Part shown: positions 44,969 to 59,389 of the stretch, one piece after another
Layout: the number at the start of each line of letters is the position of its first letter
Numbering within the stretch: the stretch's first letter is position 1
NCBI GenBank assembly: GCA_050613775.1
Contig: JBODTK010000107.1
Span: 434,001 to 498,000 of the forward strand
Reading direction: 5' to 3'
From: Neocallimastix sp. 'constans'
Taxonomy: Eukaryota
Length of the DNA: 64,000 nt
The notes under the pieces: model-generated
Seen by the model: the letters and a program-made list of their open reading frames with translations, nothing else
Told to the model about the DNA's origin: nothing
Databases searched by the model: none
Translations under genes and position numbers: made by a program

Positions 44969-45375
44969 TATTATAATAATCGATAGAAAATATTTTCATT
45001 ATTTTCATGATTAAAATTTTAAAAGAAATAAAAAAATGAAAATAGTTATAAATATTAAAATGTTTCATTATATATATTAAATATATACTATAAAATAATT
45101 ATTAATATATATATATTTAATTATTAATACTTTACAATTATTTTATTAATATTTCAATTATTTTTTTTAACAAAATAATATGTATTTTATATTATGATTA
45201 GAATAATTAAAAATATTATATCTTTTACTTTAATATACAATTAAAAATGAGTTAGGTCTTTTTTTAAAAATATTGAATATTAAAAAAATCTTTATGCATC
45301 TCATTTTATTAAAATACAAATTATCTAAATAACTATCTAAATAACTCTATTTAATATTATAATATGTAAAGAAAT

Positions 45376-45406
<31 letters not shown>

Positions 45407-47506
45407 GTTATTTAATAAACAATTTTTATGTTATACAACAAATGATATTACGCATTATAATCCCAATATAAATATATTAATAATTATTTCAAAATTTAAC
45501 AGTGCTGAAACAACTCCATATATTCTTAACAAAAAACATTTCGTTAATTTTTTATTTACTCTAAATATTAAAATTATATTGAGATTGAATATTATTAAAG
45601 TAATTTACATTGATAAAGCTGGTCATCAGCCTCTGTTAGATATTATTAAAGGATTATCAGAAAATTTTAAAATTTCAACTTTATAGATATACATATTATT
45701 TGTAATCTAAAAGTATTTAATATTAATAATCAATAAATTCTAATAGAAACATAATAATGTAAAGTTATTTCGTATATATTGTATATGTATAATTTTATAT
45801 ATAGTCTTATGTAACTAAATTTATTAATTAATTATTAATAATTCTTTTTTATTAATGTATAAAATAGTGAATAAATATTAATTTTCAATAAAATATTTTG
45901 TCATTATAATTAACAAATTACAATTTAATGAATATTATTTTAAAGTATTATTTCTAAATATATTATGCATTTACATTTGTTATTATTAAAATTTATTTAC
46001 AAATTATAATAATCTAAATCATCTATATAAATAATTTTATTAAATAATAAATTTTCATTTCAAAATTTTATCTATATTATTAACAATTTTAAATATATAA
46101 TTGTTAATTTCTATATTAAGTATATAACATTAATATTATAAAACAAAAATTCATAAAAAATTAATTATAAAAAAATGTTAAATTCATAGAAATAAAAACA
46201 TAAAAAAAAATTATATATATAATTTATAATATCATTCCAATTTTATGTTATATCATTTAATTATTAAATTTAATCTTAGAATAGAAATATTATATGTTTG
46301 TTTAAAAAATATTTATATTAAAAATATTTAATTTATTATCATGTACAATTATTTTATAAATAATATATTTTTAATTGTTTCAAAAAAAATTTATATTAAA
46401 AAGTTACAACAAATTTTTTTTAAATAATTTTATAATTTTATATATTTATTTTTTAATATAGTAATAGTTAACTTTTAAAATTATTTTTAACTTTATTCGT
46501 AAAAAATTTATATATTTAATTTTTTTAAAAAACTAAAAATTATTAATAGCATTAATAATATTTTCAATTATAAATATACCAATTTTGACTAATTAATAAT
46601 AAATCATCAAAATATTCAATAATTAAATAATTGAATATTTTATAGGGAAAAAATGAACAAATTTATTATTTAATCAAATAAGAAATTCTTTATTCAATTA
46701 CACAATTGAAAATTAATTATTATTTATTTATTTAATCTTATTTATTTATTTTATTATTGTAATTATTAATATTATTATTATAACATTATTTACTATTATT
46801 CTTTTTTTTGCATTATATATCTTATGTATTATTAGTATATTTAACAAATATTTGTAGATATACTAATAATTACAAAAAATAAATATTTATATATCTACTG
46901 TATATTTTTTAATTAAATTATTTGTAACTATTTATTCAAACTTATATTCTTTATTTATGATTATAATTGATATTGAACTATTAATAAAAATCTTTATAAT
47001 TTTAATTTTATTTTAAACTATTTAATTTTAAAATACGAGAAGATTCCATAAAAACAACTTATATTAATAAAATCTATAGTCCTTATCAATCAGTCATAAT
47101 AACAAATTTAATATATATATTTGTATCAGATCTAATATTACTAAATACATAAATTTTAATTCTATAAAAATATGAAATAATCTAAAACTTTTACATATTA
47201 CTAATTGTTGACGTTGCAACAAATATCTTTAATTAATTATAGAAAATACAATATAAAGGTTTAAAATGATTTATTACTATATTTAAATTATTATTTAAAT
47301 ATTTAAATTATTCATTGATAAAATAAATTCAAAATAAAAATAATTGATTATAATTACATGTATCAATAGAATCAATTAAATACATTATTTCATTATTTCT
47401 ATTACTATGTATTAAATAAATAAAGTACTGAATTTAAAATTGTAGAAGAAGTATTAAAAAAATATATGGATCACTAATCAATATTTATTAATAACTTTAT
47501 TACTTT

Positions 47507-47537
<31 letters not shown>

Positions 47538-50500
47538 TTTTTAAATTTAAAAAAAAAAAAATGTTTTTAATAAAAATAATATTTTTATAATGGAGATTAA
47601 TATTTAATTATAATAAAATTGATTAAAAAATTAATTTAGTAATAATAAATTTATAAATATACATATCGAATTTAATAATAATTAAATTAAATATTACAAA
47701 CTGTAATTTCAATATTTTTGTTTATACTTAAAAAAATAATAATAATAATAAAAATTTTTAGAATCATTTATTTAAAAAAAAATAATAAAATAAAATAAAA
47801 TTTAATATTTAATAAAATTTAGCTTATTAAAATTCGATATAAACGCATTTCATATATAATGATAAATTAGATATAATTAATATAAATTTTATGTATTGTG
47901 ACATCAATTTTTAAAGTAAAATGAATAATAAAAAAACAAAGATAAAATTATTATAAAATACAGAAAAAAAATATTAATTAACTATTAAAAAATTAAAGTG
48001 TTTTATAATTGATATTTATATTAATGAATAAAAGCATTTTATACGATAAAATCATATAAAATGCTTGAATTTGAGTAATTCTAATTTAATTATCATATAT
48101 TGTTATTTCTTCATTAATAATAAAATAAAAAATAAAAAGACACATATAAAATTAAATCATTAACAACAAAAAGTTACATTAAAATACTGACTTTAATAAC
48201 AAGTTTTAATATCAAGTATTTATAGCTATTAAATTTATTATTAATTATTTATATATATCATTTATTTAATGATAATAAATTAATAATTTAACTTTGTCAT
48301 ATTTATTAAGATATATAATATATTCTAATATATTCTAAACAAAATATTAATTGTCAATTTTTTTTTTTTTTTGCTATATTTAAAAATTTTTAAATATAAA
48401 AATTTTTTATCAAAAATCCTATATGCAACTTTTTTTATATAAATTACATACAAAAAAACTTTTATACTTTAAATATTGAATCCTATAACAATCTTTTCCA
48501 AATTTCTAAAGTTTATAATATTAAAAAATAAAAATAAAAATAAAAATAGATCACGTTTTATTTCATTTATTTCATGTTTAATATTATCAATTATCAATAG
48601 AATTAGAGTTACACACATATATTACATATATATTCTTTATATATAAATAAAATTTTTAATAATATTAAGGTTTAAATGAAAATCTATGACTTGTCAACTA
48701 CAGAATTATAATATATTATTTATATAATGTAATATATGATATATTATCTTAAATATATATATAATATATATATTTGTATTTATTTATTATTTGTTAACCT
48801 ATAAAGAAAGTATTCTCAAATTCGATTTTCATATAGAGTATCTTTAAGAAAAAAAAATTAGTAAAAAAGTATAATTTTTAATAATATTAAAACAATAAAT
48901 TAATACTTTTTAAGATTAATAAATAATTTTTCATAATAAAAGCTTATTAATTAATAAATATTAAAAAAATGATCCCATCAAAAGTCTTCCTAAATATTAA
49001 TTTTGCCCTAAAATGGTCCTAATTAAAATTTTTAAATAATTATTATAAATAAAGAAAAATAATAATAAACGATATATTCAAAATATGTACAATTCATAAA
49101 TAATAAAATAGGTATTTTTATTTGTACTTTTATATTTTATGTTATAATCTTTATTACTTCATATTTAATTTTTTATGAAATAAAAAATTAAAAATATCGG
49201 ATTAAATATAATTAAAAAAATACAATATAATTTAACTACTCAATAATGGTATAAAAATAATTAAATCTATTAAGAACACAAAAATATTAATATATTTGGA
49301 ATTATCAATATATCATTAATAAATAATTATTAAAATAAAGTAAAAAATAAAAATGTTGAATATTTATATTAATTTTATTTTTATAAATTATTAATGTTTA
49401 GTTTTAAAAATAATTCTCCTTTAAGAAAATAAAAGTTAAAAAACTAAAATTTAATAAAAATATTAATAACATTTATTTTTATATATAAATATGCATATTA
49501 ACCAATATTTGGGTATTTTTATTATTTTTCAATATAACAATTTTAATAAATATAATAATTGTTTTGCTATTATGAGTGGTAAATTATTAAATTTCTTAAA
49601 CTAATATTATATTTACAAAATTGTTTTGCTATAAAAAGTGGTAAATTATATGATTTTTCAGTAAAGTTAGATTATGGACTATAAGTCTTAACCTTTAGTT
49701 ATTTTATTAATATTATTATATCATAATACTAAAAATAAATACTTTTTAATAAACTTCATTAAAACGAACCACAATAGATAAATTTTTTTTTAAAAAAAAT
49801 TTTTTTGTGAAAAAATATATAGTATAAATAATAATATATTTAAATATTTGAATAAAATAATTAAAAAAAAATAAAGAAATACTCAGTATATATATAATGA
49901 TTATTTTTATTTTTTTTTTTTTCTAGACAATTTCGGTCATAATAAATGATATAAACAAATTTTTTTTACAAAAAAAAAAAAAAAAATAAATATAAATATA
50001 AATAAATAAATGATAAAAAAATTATAAATGATAAATTAAAAATAATAATTAGAAAATTTTTTTTAAGTGGATATTTTATAAGATTAAATTTAATTATTAA
50101 ATTAGTTCATTATAATTAATTTATTCATTATAATCTCAAATATTAATATTAAATTGTATCATCAATAAAAATAAATTTTTTTTCATTTATTTTTATTATT
50201 TGTCTTTCTCTTTTATCTATTCTTCATTTTATTTTATTTCAATTTTTTTTATTCTTTAATTATTCATTTGATTTTAAGGGGTTAATGTGACGACTTTTTA
50301 TTATATTTTTATATAATAAAAGTCAAATAAGTAAGTTAGTTAATTAAACTAAAGATAGAAGAAATGAAAAAAGAAATATTATATTTCTTCATATGCTAAT
50401 TTATTGTAATATCATGATATTATTTTTATATTTGTTGAACATTGTAAATTATTTAAAGTTAAAAAAAAAATGGATGATCTTTTTTGAAAGTCATTATTTT

Positions 50501-52431
50501 ACTAGTAATAATGATACTATTATTTATGTTGTATCATTATTATTCATTCGACAAAAGGTTTACCAAATAAAGAAAGTCACGTGTAATTCTAAGCCTTATT
50601 CTTTAAAATAAAAAAAAAGATCGGAATTATATTAATATAGTATTATCTTCTGAATAATAATATTTTTTATAGCTACACCTAAATAATCATTTTTTCTGTG
50701 TTTTATTTAGATTTCTGTCCTCCCCACCTGATGATTATATTACATTACATTCAATTATATTACAATATATACCAAAACATAATAAACGAATATTAAAATA
50801 TATTACTATATATTCTAAAATATTATTTTCTATGTTATTATTTCAAAATTTTTTACATTATTGTATTATATATTATGATACAATGATACATATATTATTT
50901 ATATATATCCCATGTATTAATATATATCATTGACAATTTTATTTTTCTCATAATAAAAAAAAAGAAAGAACTAATAATAAAGTTTTAATTTAAATTATAA
51001 ATTATTAAAAATAATATTATATATATAATTAAATATATTATAATATATAAACTTTAAATTACAAAATATTGATTATATATTATAGACTAGGAAATAAAGT
51101 TTTTTTTACTTTATTTTTATTTAGAATTTTTAAAATTACTTTCTATTAATATAAATAACAAATACTAATATAATTATAATTATATAATATATATCATAAT
51201 AATTAAAGGTAATTATAACATTCATTATTATATTTAATATTTACATTTAAAATTATTAATATTTTTTAATTAATATTAAAATTATTATATATAATATAAC
51301 AATTTTTATTATAATATATTAAATAATGAATTTATGATTTTAATTTTAATTTTAATTTTAATTTTAAAATTTAAATTTATTTTTAACCATTTTTTTTTTA
51401 AATAAATATAAAAAATTTTTTATTAATTTTTTTTTCTTTTTTTTTTTCTCTTCTTTATAATTATTTTATAAAAATACTAAAGAAAACAATTGTTATATAT
51501 AAAAATATATATTTAAGAATAGTGATTAAGTAGTATTTTTTTTTTTTCAAAAAAAAAAAAAAAAAAAAACAAGATAAAATAGTTTAAAACTTGTATATAT
51601 GTAAATATCTGTTAATAATAAAAATATATTTAATAATAAATTTATAAATTGAGTTTAGTAAAGATATAAAAAAAAACACTAATTTATTTTTTGAATTTTA
51701 TATTATTCTAATTATTGTATACTATATTTTATATATTGTATATTAAAAATAGATATTTTAATAATATATTAATCAATATATAATATATTATTATTATTTT
51801 TTTTAAAACATTATACTTATCATTAATGTTTTAAAAATATATTTCAATATCTATTGAAAATTTTATTCAAAAATAATAACTGGAATGTATTAAATCAATT
51901 TACCATAGAAGTTAAATAATTTTTTTTTTTTTTTTTAATTTTTTTTTTCTTATTTTTTTATTTTTTTCCTTTTTCCTTTTTTATTCTTTTTTATTCTTTT
52001 TTATTTTTCGTATACTGGTTTTAGTTTTTTAAATCGTTTTTTTTCATCATATTCAAACATTTTACTATTTATTTTTTTCGTATTATTTTTTCATCTCTTA
52101 TATATATATATTTTTTTTTATTTGGAGAAAGTTTGGTAAAAACTTATAAAAAAAATAATAAAAACAAACAAAAGATAAAAAACAAATAAAAATAGAAACT
52201 CATTAAAATAAATTGATATTGGACAATATTTTTTTATTTAATAAATTATCAAAATCTGAGGATAATTATAAATAAAAAATAATAAACTATACACATAGAA
52301 AGCGCATTTCATTATATTATAAAAACATAATTATTTATCATATATTAAACAATATTCTTTTCCTTATTTGCTAAAATAAAAAAGAGTATAAAATACGATA
52401 ATATTTTTTTTTTATCTTTATTTTTAATAAA

Positions 52432-54429
52432 ATGGGTAATAATTCATTATTTATGGAATATTCTTATAATCATATATATAATAAAGATAAATTGTATTAT
52501 ATTCCATACCAAAGAAGAACTATACCTTTTGTATCACCTGAAATATTATATAATATAAATAACAATAGTAATAATTATATTAATAACAATAATATTAATT
52601 ACTATATAGCAAAGAAAAATATTAATGATAATTTAAAAAAAAATATTAATGATAATTTAAACAAAAAAAATAATTTACCTTTTGAAATTATAAGCAATAA
52701 AAATTATAATATTAATAATAACAGTAATAATCAATGCTTAAAGAAAGATCTTAAAAATATAGTAAAAAATAAAAATTTAAGTTATAATAATAAAATAAGT
52801 AAAACTCCTAGTGTTCAACCTTCAAAATCATTACAAAGTACATCTGAAAGTGAATTTAAAAAGAACCTTAATGATTCAAATTTTAATAATAAAAGTGAAT
52901 CATTAAATAATATAAATTTTAGTAATCTTAATACTGTATATTTTTTATCAAGTGAAGGTAATAGAGAAAATAATAACAAAATGAAGACACCAACTTCACT
53001 TATTCCAAATTTTAATTTAGAAAATTTTAGCCTTAATGACCCACTAGTATCTACAACATATGTATCTCCAGTATATTACACATCTCCAATGCCAATAACA
53101 TCAACTACCCATGCTACTGCTAATATGAACATGAATAGAAATAGTTTAAGTAATAATACTTCAACAATTTTAAATTCATGTTATTGTAATGATAATGAGC
53201 AATATTTAATCAATGATAGTAATACCATTACTTATATTGTTAATTCTAGTTTAGGACAAAATGAAAAAATTGTTAATACCCCAAATAAATCTGCATCTCT
53301 TATTAATAAAATTTCTTCTTCAACAAATTCATCAAGTATGAATAATTTAAGAAGTAATAATACCCAAATTAAAAGTTTATTACCAATAGAATATTATACT
53401 AATAATTTTAATCATGGAAATATTTTAATGAATTCTAATGAAATAGTTAGCACGACAACTACTAATAATGTTAACTCTACTTCAAATACAATAAATGATA
53501 CCCAAATTATTAGTTCCGCAACTATTCTTAGTAAAAATAATAAATCTCCACATGTACTTCCTATAGGAAGTTCGACAAAATCAAATTATACTACTATTGA
53601 ACAAGAAAAAATTAGAAGACCAATGATGTATTCCACGACTACTAGTAGCGCTAATGTCATGAATATATCTCCAGTAATAAGTAATATTCTTACTAGTCAT
53701 TCTGCTAGTACTACTGCTGGTACTAATAAAACTCAAAGTACTGAAAATTTAAGTGCATCTTCTACTTCATCTACTACTTCATCATCTACTATTTCTATTT
53801 TATCATCAGCGTCATCACCTAAGAATAATCATATTTTAAAGGATAGTGGACTTACTTGTTCGCCAGAGTCAACTCACTTTCATGATGCAATGAGCAAAAA
53901 ATCCAAGCCTCAGAAAAAGAAGTCTTCAACAAGTCTTTGTGATAAATCAGGAATTATAGGATTTGCAGCTGAAATATTAACATCTGTATTACCAACCTCT
54001 AGCAATAATTTAAAACACCCAAAAACTAGATATTTACCAGAATTGTATCCATTTATTAAGAAAATTGCTCGCAAATGCAAAATTGATATTAGAACTTTTT
54101 TGTATGCCTTAGTTTATTCTCAAAGATTTGGTGAGGCACTTCTTTCAAATCATAAAGAAGCAGTTGGTGAGTATGGTACAAATCATCGTATTTTCCTTGC
54201 ATCTATTCTCCTTGCTTATCAATATCAAATTAATCATGGCATGAAAGTAAATTTTAAACTTGATGCTAAAAAACTTTCAAAATATACCGATGGTGTATGG
54301 ACTGAAAAAGAAGTTGAAATGATGTGTAAAGCTTTGTTATCTACAGAAAATTTCATTTTAGATATTGATGATAATGTTGTAAAGGAGTTTGTAGAAACAC
54401 ATAAAACTGATTTATGTTGGTACTCATGA
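52432..54429 (+). CDS. Pcl/Pho80-family cyclin-like protein with long Asn/Ser/Thr-rich N-terminus, apparently intronless
   Basis: C-terminal LPELYPFIKKIARKCKIDIRTFLYALVYSQRF...GEYGTNHRIFLASILLA...WTEKEVEMM.KALL matches the Pcl cyclin box pattern. Confidence 0.8.
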   Translation: MGNNSLFMEYSYNHIYNKDKLYYIPYQRRTIPFVSPEILYNINNNSNNYINNNNINYYIAKKNINDNLKKNINDNLNKKNNLPFEIISNKNYNINNNSNNQCLKKDLKNIVKNKNLSYNNKISKTPSVQPSKSLQSTSESEFKKNLNDSNFNNKSESLNNINFSNLNTVYFLSSEGNRENNNKMKTPTSLIPNFNLENFSLNDPLVSTTYVSPVYYTSPMPITSTTHATANMNMNRNSLSNNTSTILNSCYCNDNEQYLINDSNTITYIVNSSLGQNEKIVNTPNKSASLINKISSSTNSSSMNNLRSNNTQIKSLLPIEYYTNNFNHGNILMNSNEIVSTTTTNNVNSTSNTINDTQIISSATILSKNNKSPHVLPIGSSTKSNYTTIEQEKIRRPMMYSTTTSSANVMNISPVISNILTSHSASTTAGTNKTQSTENLSASSTSSTTSSSTISILSSASSPKNNHILKDSGLTCSPESTHFHDAMSKKSKPQKKKSSTSLCDKSGIIGFAAEILTSVLPTSSNNLKHPKTRYLPELYPFIKKIARKCKIDIRTFLYALVYSQRFGEALLSNHKEAVGEYGTNHRIFLASILLAYQYQINHGMKVNFKLDAKKLSKYTDGVWTEKEVEMMCKALLSTENFILDIDDNVVKEFVETHKTDLCWYS

Positions 54430-54665
54430 AATAATTATAAATAATTATTTAAAAAAAAAAAAAAAAAATTACAATATAATTTGTAATTTAATTCTTAATT
54501 GTTTCCTTCTTAAAAACAATAAAAAAATTATAATAATCTATAAGATTATTATTATTTTAATTATATAGATTGTTTAAACAAACAGACAAACAAACAAACA
54601 AACAAAAAAAAAAATTGATGGATATTATTAATTATTAATATAAAATATATTTATAATATATATAT

Positions 54666-54707
<42 letters not shown>

Positions 54708-54804
54708 AAATCAACGTTAGTTATAATATAAAGAAAAATATAAATTTTTCTTATTGTATTTATTTGTATTTATTTATTCATAAAAACTCCTTATTAATAA
54801 CGGA

Positions 54805-54852
<48 letters not shown>

Positions 54853-54968
54853 GGTTTGAAATTATTTTAATAATATGTAATAATATATAATTTTTATTAT
54901 ATACTTTTATTTATTATTAAATTATGCATTTATTAATTACTCTCAATTTTATATATCATTAGCTATAT

Positions 54969-55005
<37 letters not shown>

Positions 55006-56687
55006 AATAATATGGTTATGCTAATTTTTAATAATTATACTTATTCATATATATTCATTATATATATTAACCTTTAAAAAATAAAAAAAAAAATTAATAA
55101 AAAAAAGTATTAATATAAAGAAAACATATATATTAACTTTTATTAAAATTATTTAATAAAAGTTTATTTATTTATTTTTATTTTTTTTTAAAAAAAATAA
55201 TTATATTTGATTAATATAATTAACATTATATTTGATTAAAATATTTTATATACACATAAAAAAAACTTATCAAAACGTAATTGGAAAGAAGGAATGATTA
55301 ATTTTAATTTAATTAATATTATAGTATAAATGGTTTAAATTGTTTAGAGATAAATAATTAAGGACATATCACCTTCTATGGGATTCACTGTGGGAAGGCC
55401 ATCTTAATTCTCATGGTACCGAGAGTGATGGTAAAAAATCCAAACATTAAGCAATGAATGTTTTTAGTACAAATGCTTATTGCAGTTGTTTGTAATCGAT
55501 ATTATTAAGTTATTAATTAACTTTGATAAAAAATAGTATAATTTTTCTTCCATTTATCTTTTTTCCTTTTTTCCTTTTTTCATATTTTCATTTTTTTTTT
55601 TTTTTTTTTTTTATTTATTATTTCTTCATGTATGAATTATTCATATATAGTACTATAATATTATATTTATCATATATATTTTTTCAATTTCTTCTTTTTT
55701 GGATGTTTTCATATTCGTTCCATTTCATGAACTTTTTTAAATTTTTTAATATACTTTTGATATTTAATGTCCTTGACACTTTTTTGCTATATTGTCAGAG
55801 ATCCCATACAAAATAATTTAAAATATATTATCCTAAATATTTAAGGGAAATATAATTGAGTGCTAATTCTTTGTGTGAAATGGATGCATTCTTGCATTCT
55901 AACAATAAATATAATATTAATATATTATTAAACCTAGCGTGAAAGGGGTTACCTAATTTAATATAATCATAATACAAACTTTAATGATGAAAGGTATAAT
56001 AAAATAATAAACGTTATCATGAGTTATATACAAATAGATGATTCTTATCCATCTGCAAATTATACTTATCGATTGCAAAGTATTTAGGAAATAATAATTA
56101 TTAAATCATCTATCATTAATATTTTAATAATGAGAAAATTTAAATATATAAAATCTTTTTTGAAATTCGAATTTTTGGGGGAGGGGAAATAGGCAACATA
56201 AAATAAAGAATATAAAGTGTTAAAGGAAAGTTATTAAATTAATTATTTGTGCCAATTATTTTAAAATCATATTTATTTTGAAAATGAATAAAAATAGCCT
56301 AATAGAGAAAAATTAATAAAAATTAACCCATAAGAAGAAATTAATTGAAATATTGAAGTTAATAAACATTAAATTCCTGACTCTTAACATATATATTTAT
56401 AGATATGATTTTAATTTAAAATTTTATATTATTTTATTTATTATACTATTTTTTATTTATTTATTTATTAATTTTTTTATTTTTATTTTTTTTTTTTTTT
56501 TTATTAAATGAAAGTGAATATTTTTTTTTTCTTAATATTAAAAGTTATATTGTAAAAAAGAATCAATTTTATTAATACAATATTATCATTAATATCTATA
56601 AACTAATTAATAATAAACAAATATATAATTTTTTTATAATTTTTAAAATATTATTATATATACATATATAAAAGAATATAAAAGAAT

Positions 56688-56946
56688 ATGAAAACATATT
56701 TAGAAAATTTTGAATCATATGGGATTAGTGTTGGTGGAAACTCCAATGAACCTTCAAAAGAAGATAGAATTTTAGTTATTGATGACCTTATAAAATATGT
56801 TAGAAGTAATTATTCAAAATATAAAACTTCTGTATTTGGTGATACAAAACCCCCAAATCCAGAAGCAATTATAACTGGAATTTTAAACGATGAATCAGCT
56901 AATTATAAATTATATGGAGGTATATGAACATTTCTATATTAAATTT

Positions 56947-56985
<39 letters not shown>

Positions 56986-59080
56986 TTTTTTTCTTTTCTT
57001 TTCTTTTCTTTTTTCTTTTTTCTTTTTTTTTTTTTAAAAAAAAAATAAGTAATAATTAATATATAAATTTTTTAAATTAAAGGTAAAAAAATATATATAT
57101 ATTCATTAAATATATTTAATAGATATATATATTAAATTAATTTAAAGTAAATTACTGATTTATTGGAAAATAAAAGAAAATTATTAATATCATTGTTTTT
57201 TTAACACAAGAACATAATAATTATTAAAATAAATTAAAGCTAGTTATATGAATGAAATTTAATTTATTTGGAAAATTTTCCAATATTAATTAATATAAAC
57301 TCAAATAAATTTTTATTAAACATTTTAATATATTAAAAATGAACTATAATTATATAAAGTACAAAAATACTAATTGCAAATGTATTTCTTCAAATTATAA
57401 AATATATATATATATATAATTATATTATGATAAATATTCAAAATTCAAAATGATAAAAAATATTTATTAGTTTTTGATGGTCATTGTGGAAGTATCGCAA
57501 GTTCTTTCTTAAAACAACGTTTTCCATTTGAATTATGTGCATTACCAGATTTTAAAGCAGGAAATTATAAAGAAGCATTAATTAAAACTTACACAAATTT
57601 ACATAAAGAGTTACTATCTTGCTCAAAATATACACCTGAATTATTTGATTGCTTGTTCTGGTATATGCAATAAATATTCAATATATATACAATTTATTAC
57701 ATATATATATAATAATTTTGGAAAAATGAAAAATAAAATTGAAAAATAAATTACATTTAATTAATTATTATAAAATTTATTTTATTTATTATTATATTAT
57801 CTTAAATATTAATAAAATATTTATCATCATGATTACAACTTTAATAAAGTTCTGGCTCAACAGCTTCTGTAGTTTTAGTTACCCCAACTTTTACATATTT
57901 TGCCTTTCTTGGTGATAGTCCAATTATTACATGGAAGAATAAAGCAGTAGAACCAGACTTTGTAAATAAATATTGAAAATTGATAAAATAATAATATTAA
58001 TAATAATAATATAATTATATAATTATATATATATATTGTTATTATTATTATTATTATTAATGGTATTTTATATAATTAATCTTATATATATATAATAAAT
58101 TCAATATTTATTCAATTATAAATGTAATATTTTAATTACTGTATATAAATATATCAAAATTAAAAAATATATAGCCATTTAATGAACATAGTATTGATAA
58201 TTTCAAATTACATAATAAAATTATTGAATCAAATATCTTCTTTTCAGTATATTTGGAAGATGAAAATGAACAGCCATATCAAATTCTTGCTGCAGGTGAT
58301 AAAACGAGAGTTGAAATTCTTGAACGTATGAAAAAAAGTTATAAAAAACCAGAAGCTTTACCCTTAAATAAATGTCAATACCCTATGGATGCTTTAATAG
58401 AAAAGGAAGATCAACGAGTAAGTTCAAACATTTATCCCGATGATATTCGTTTAGGATTTTCAAAATTAAATGTTCTTGGTAGTATTGGTGATAGTATTTA
58501 TGATCCAAAAATATTCAATGTTTTAATTGATGAAATAGAACATTACCGTAAGGAACGTGCTAGAGCTTATGATACATTAATGAAAAATTTATTATCTAAT
58601 AAATCAGTGGATGATGCACTTATTGATTCAAGAAGATTTAGATTTGAGTTTGAAAGATCTAATATAACCCTGGAAGAATTAAAAGAAATTTCACCGATAA
58701 ATTATACTTATGATAATATTAGATCTTATATAGTTAAGCAGGATAGATGGGATAAACTATTAAAGAAACATATTAGACTTCCTGAATCCTTTGATGCCTC
58801 TTCCCTTCTTTGCTCTGCTCTCATGAATTTCCATCCACAACATAAATTAAAAGCGCCAGGATTAAAAAGACAACCAGATATTATTACCGTACTTAACAGT
58901 GATTTAAAACTTTTTGTTTTAGCCACGGATGGGGTCATAAAATATTATAATACTTTTAAGAATAAATATAATGATATTATTATTAAGAATCATAATGATT
59001 TAAAAAATATGTCTAGATTACTTTTAGAGTATATGAGTTTTCTTGGTGATGATCGTTCTGTTGTTTGTTGTCACTATTAA
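56688..59080 (+). CDS. Divergent PP2C/PPM-family phosphatase; exons about 56688-56919, 57471-57660, 57850-57961, 58174-59080
   Basis: Ordered PPM motifs KEDR, LYG|VFDGHCG, SGSTASVV, AFLGDSP, NEH, LNVLGSIGD, PDI, FVLATDGV, GDDRSVV. Confidence 0.85.
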
Positions 59081-59091
59081 ATAAATAAATT

Positions 59092-59134
<43 letters not shown>

Positions 59135-59389
59135 CATAGTAATGTGCATGACATTATCAATGAAAGTATACATATATCTATATATTTTAGAAAAAATAAA
59201 GATAAAATAAAATAAAAAAAAAAATAAAAAAAAATAAAAAATAAAAAATAAAAAAAAAAAAAAAAATAAAAAATAAAAAATAAAAAAATTAAAAATAAAA
59301 AAAAAAATAATAATAATAATAATAATAATTTGATATTTTTTTCTTTACATTATTTATTTATAAATAAAAAATATTTAATTTATTTCCAT

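Noticed and set aside
49555..49650. Short duplicated segment ATTGTTTTGCTAT...AGTGGTAAATTAT (a similar local duplication lies at about 22660/22826)
   Set aside because: Ordinary two-copy local duplication with no further structure.
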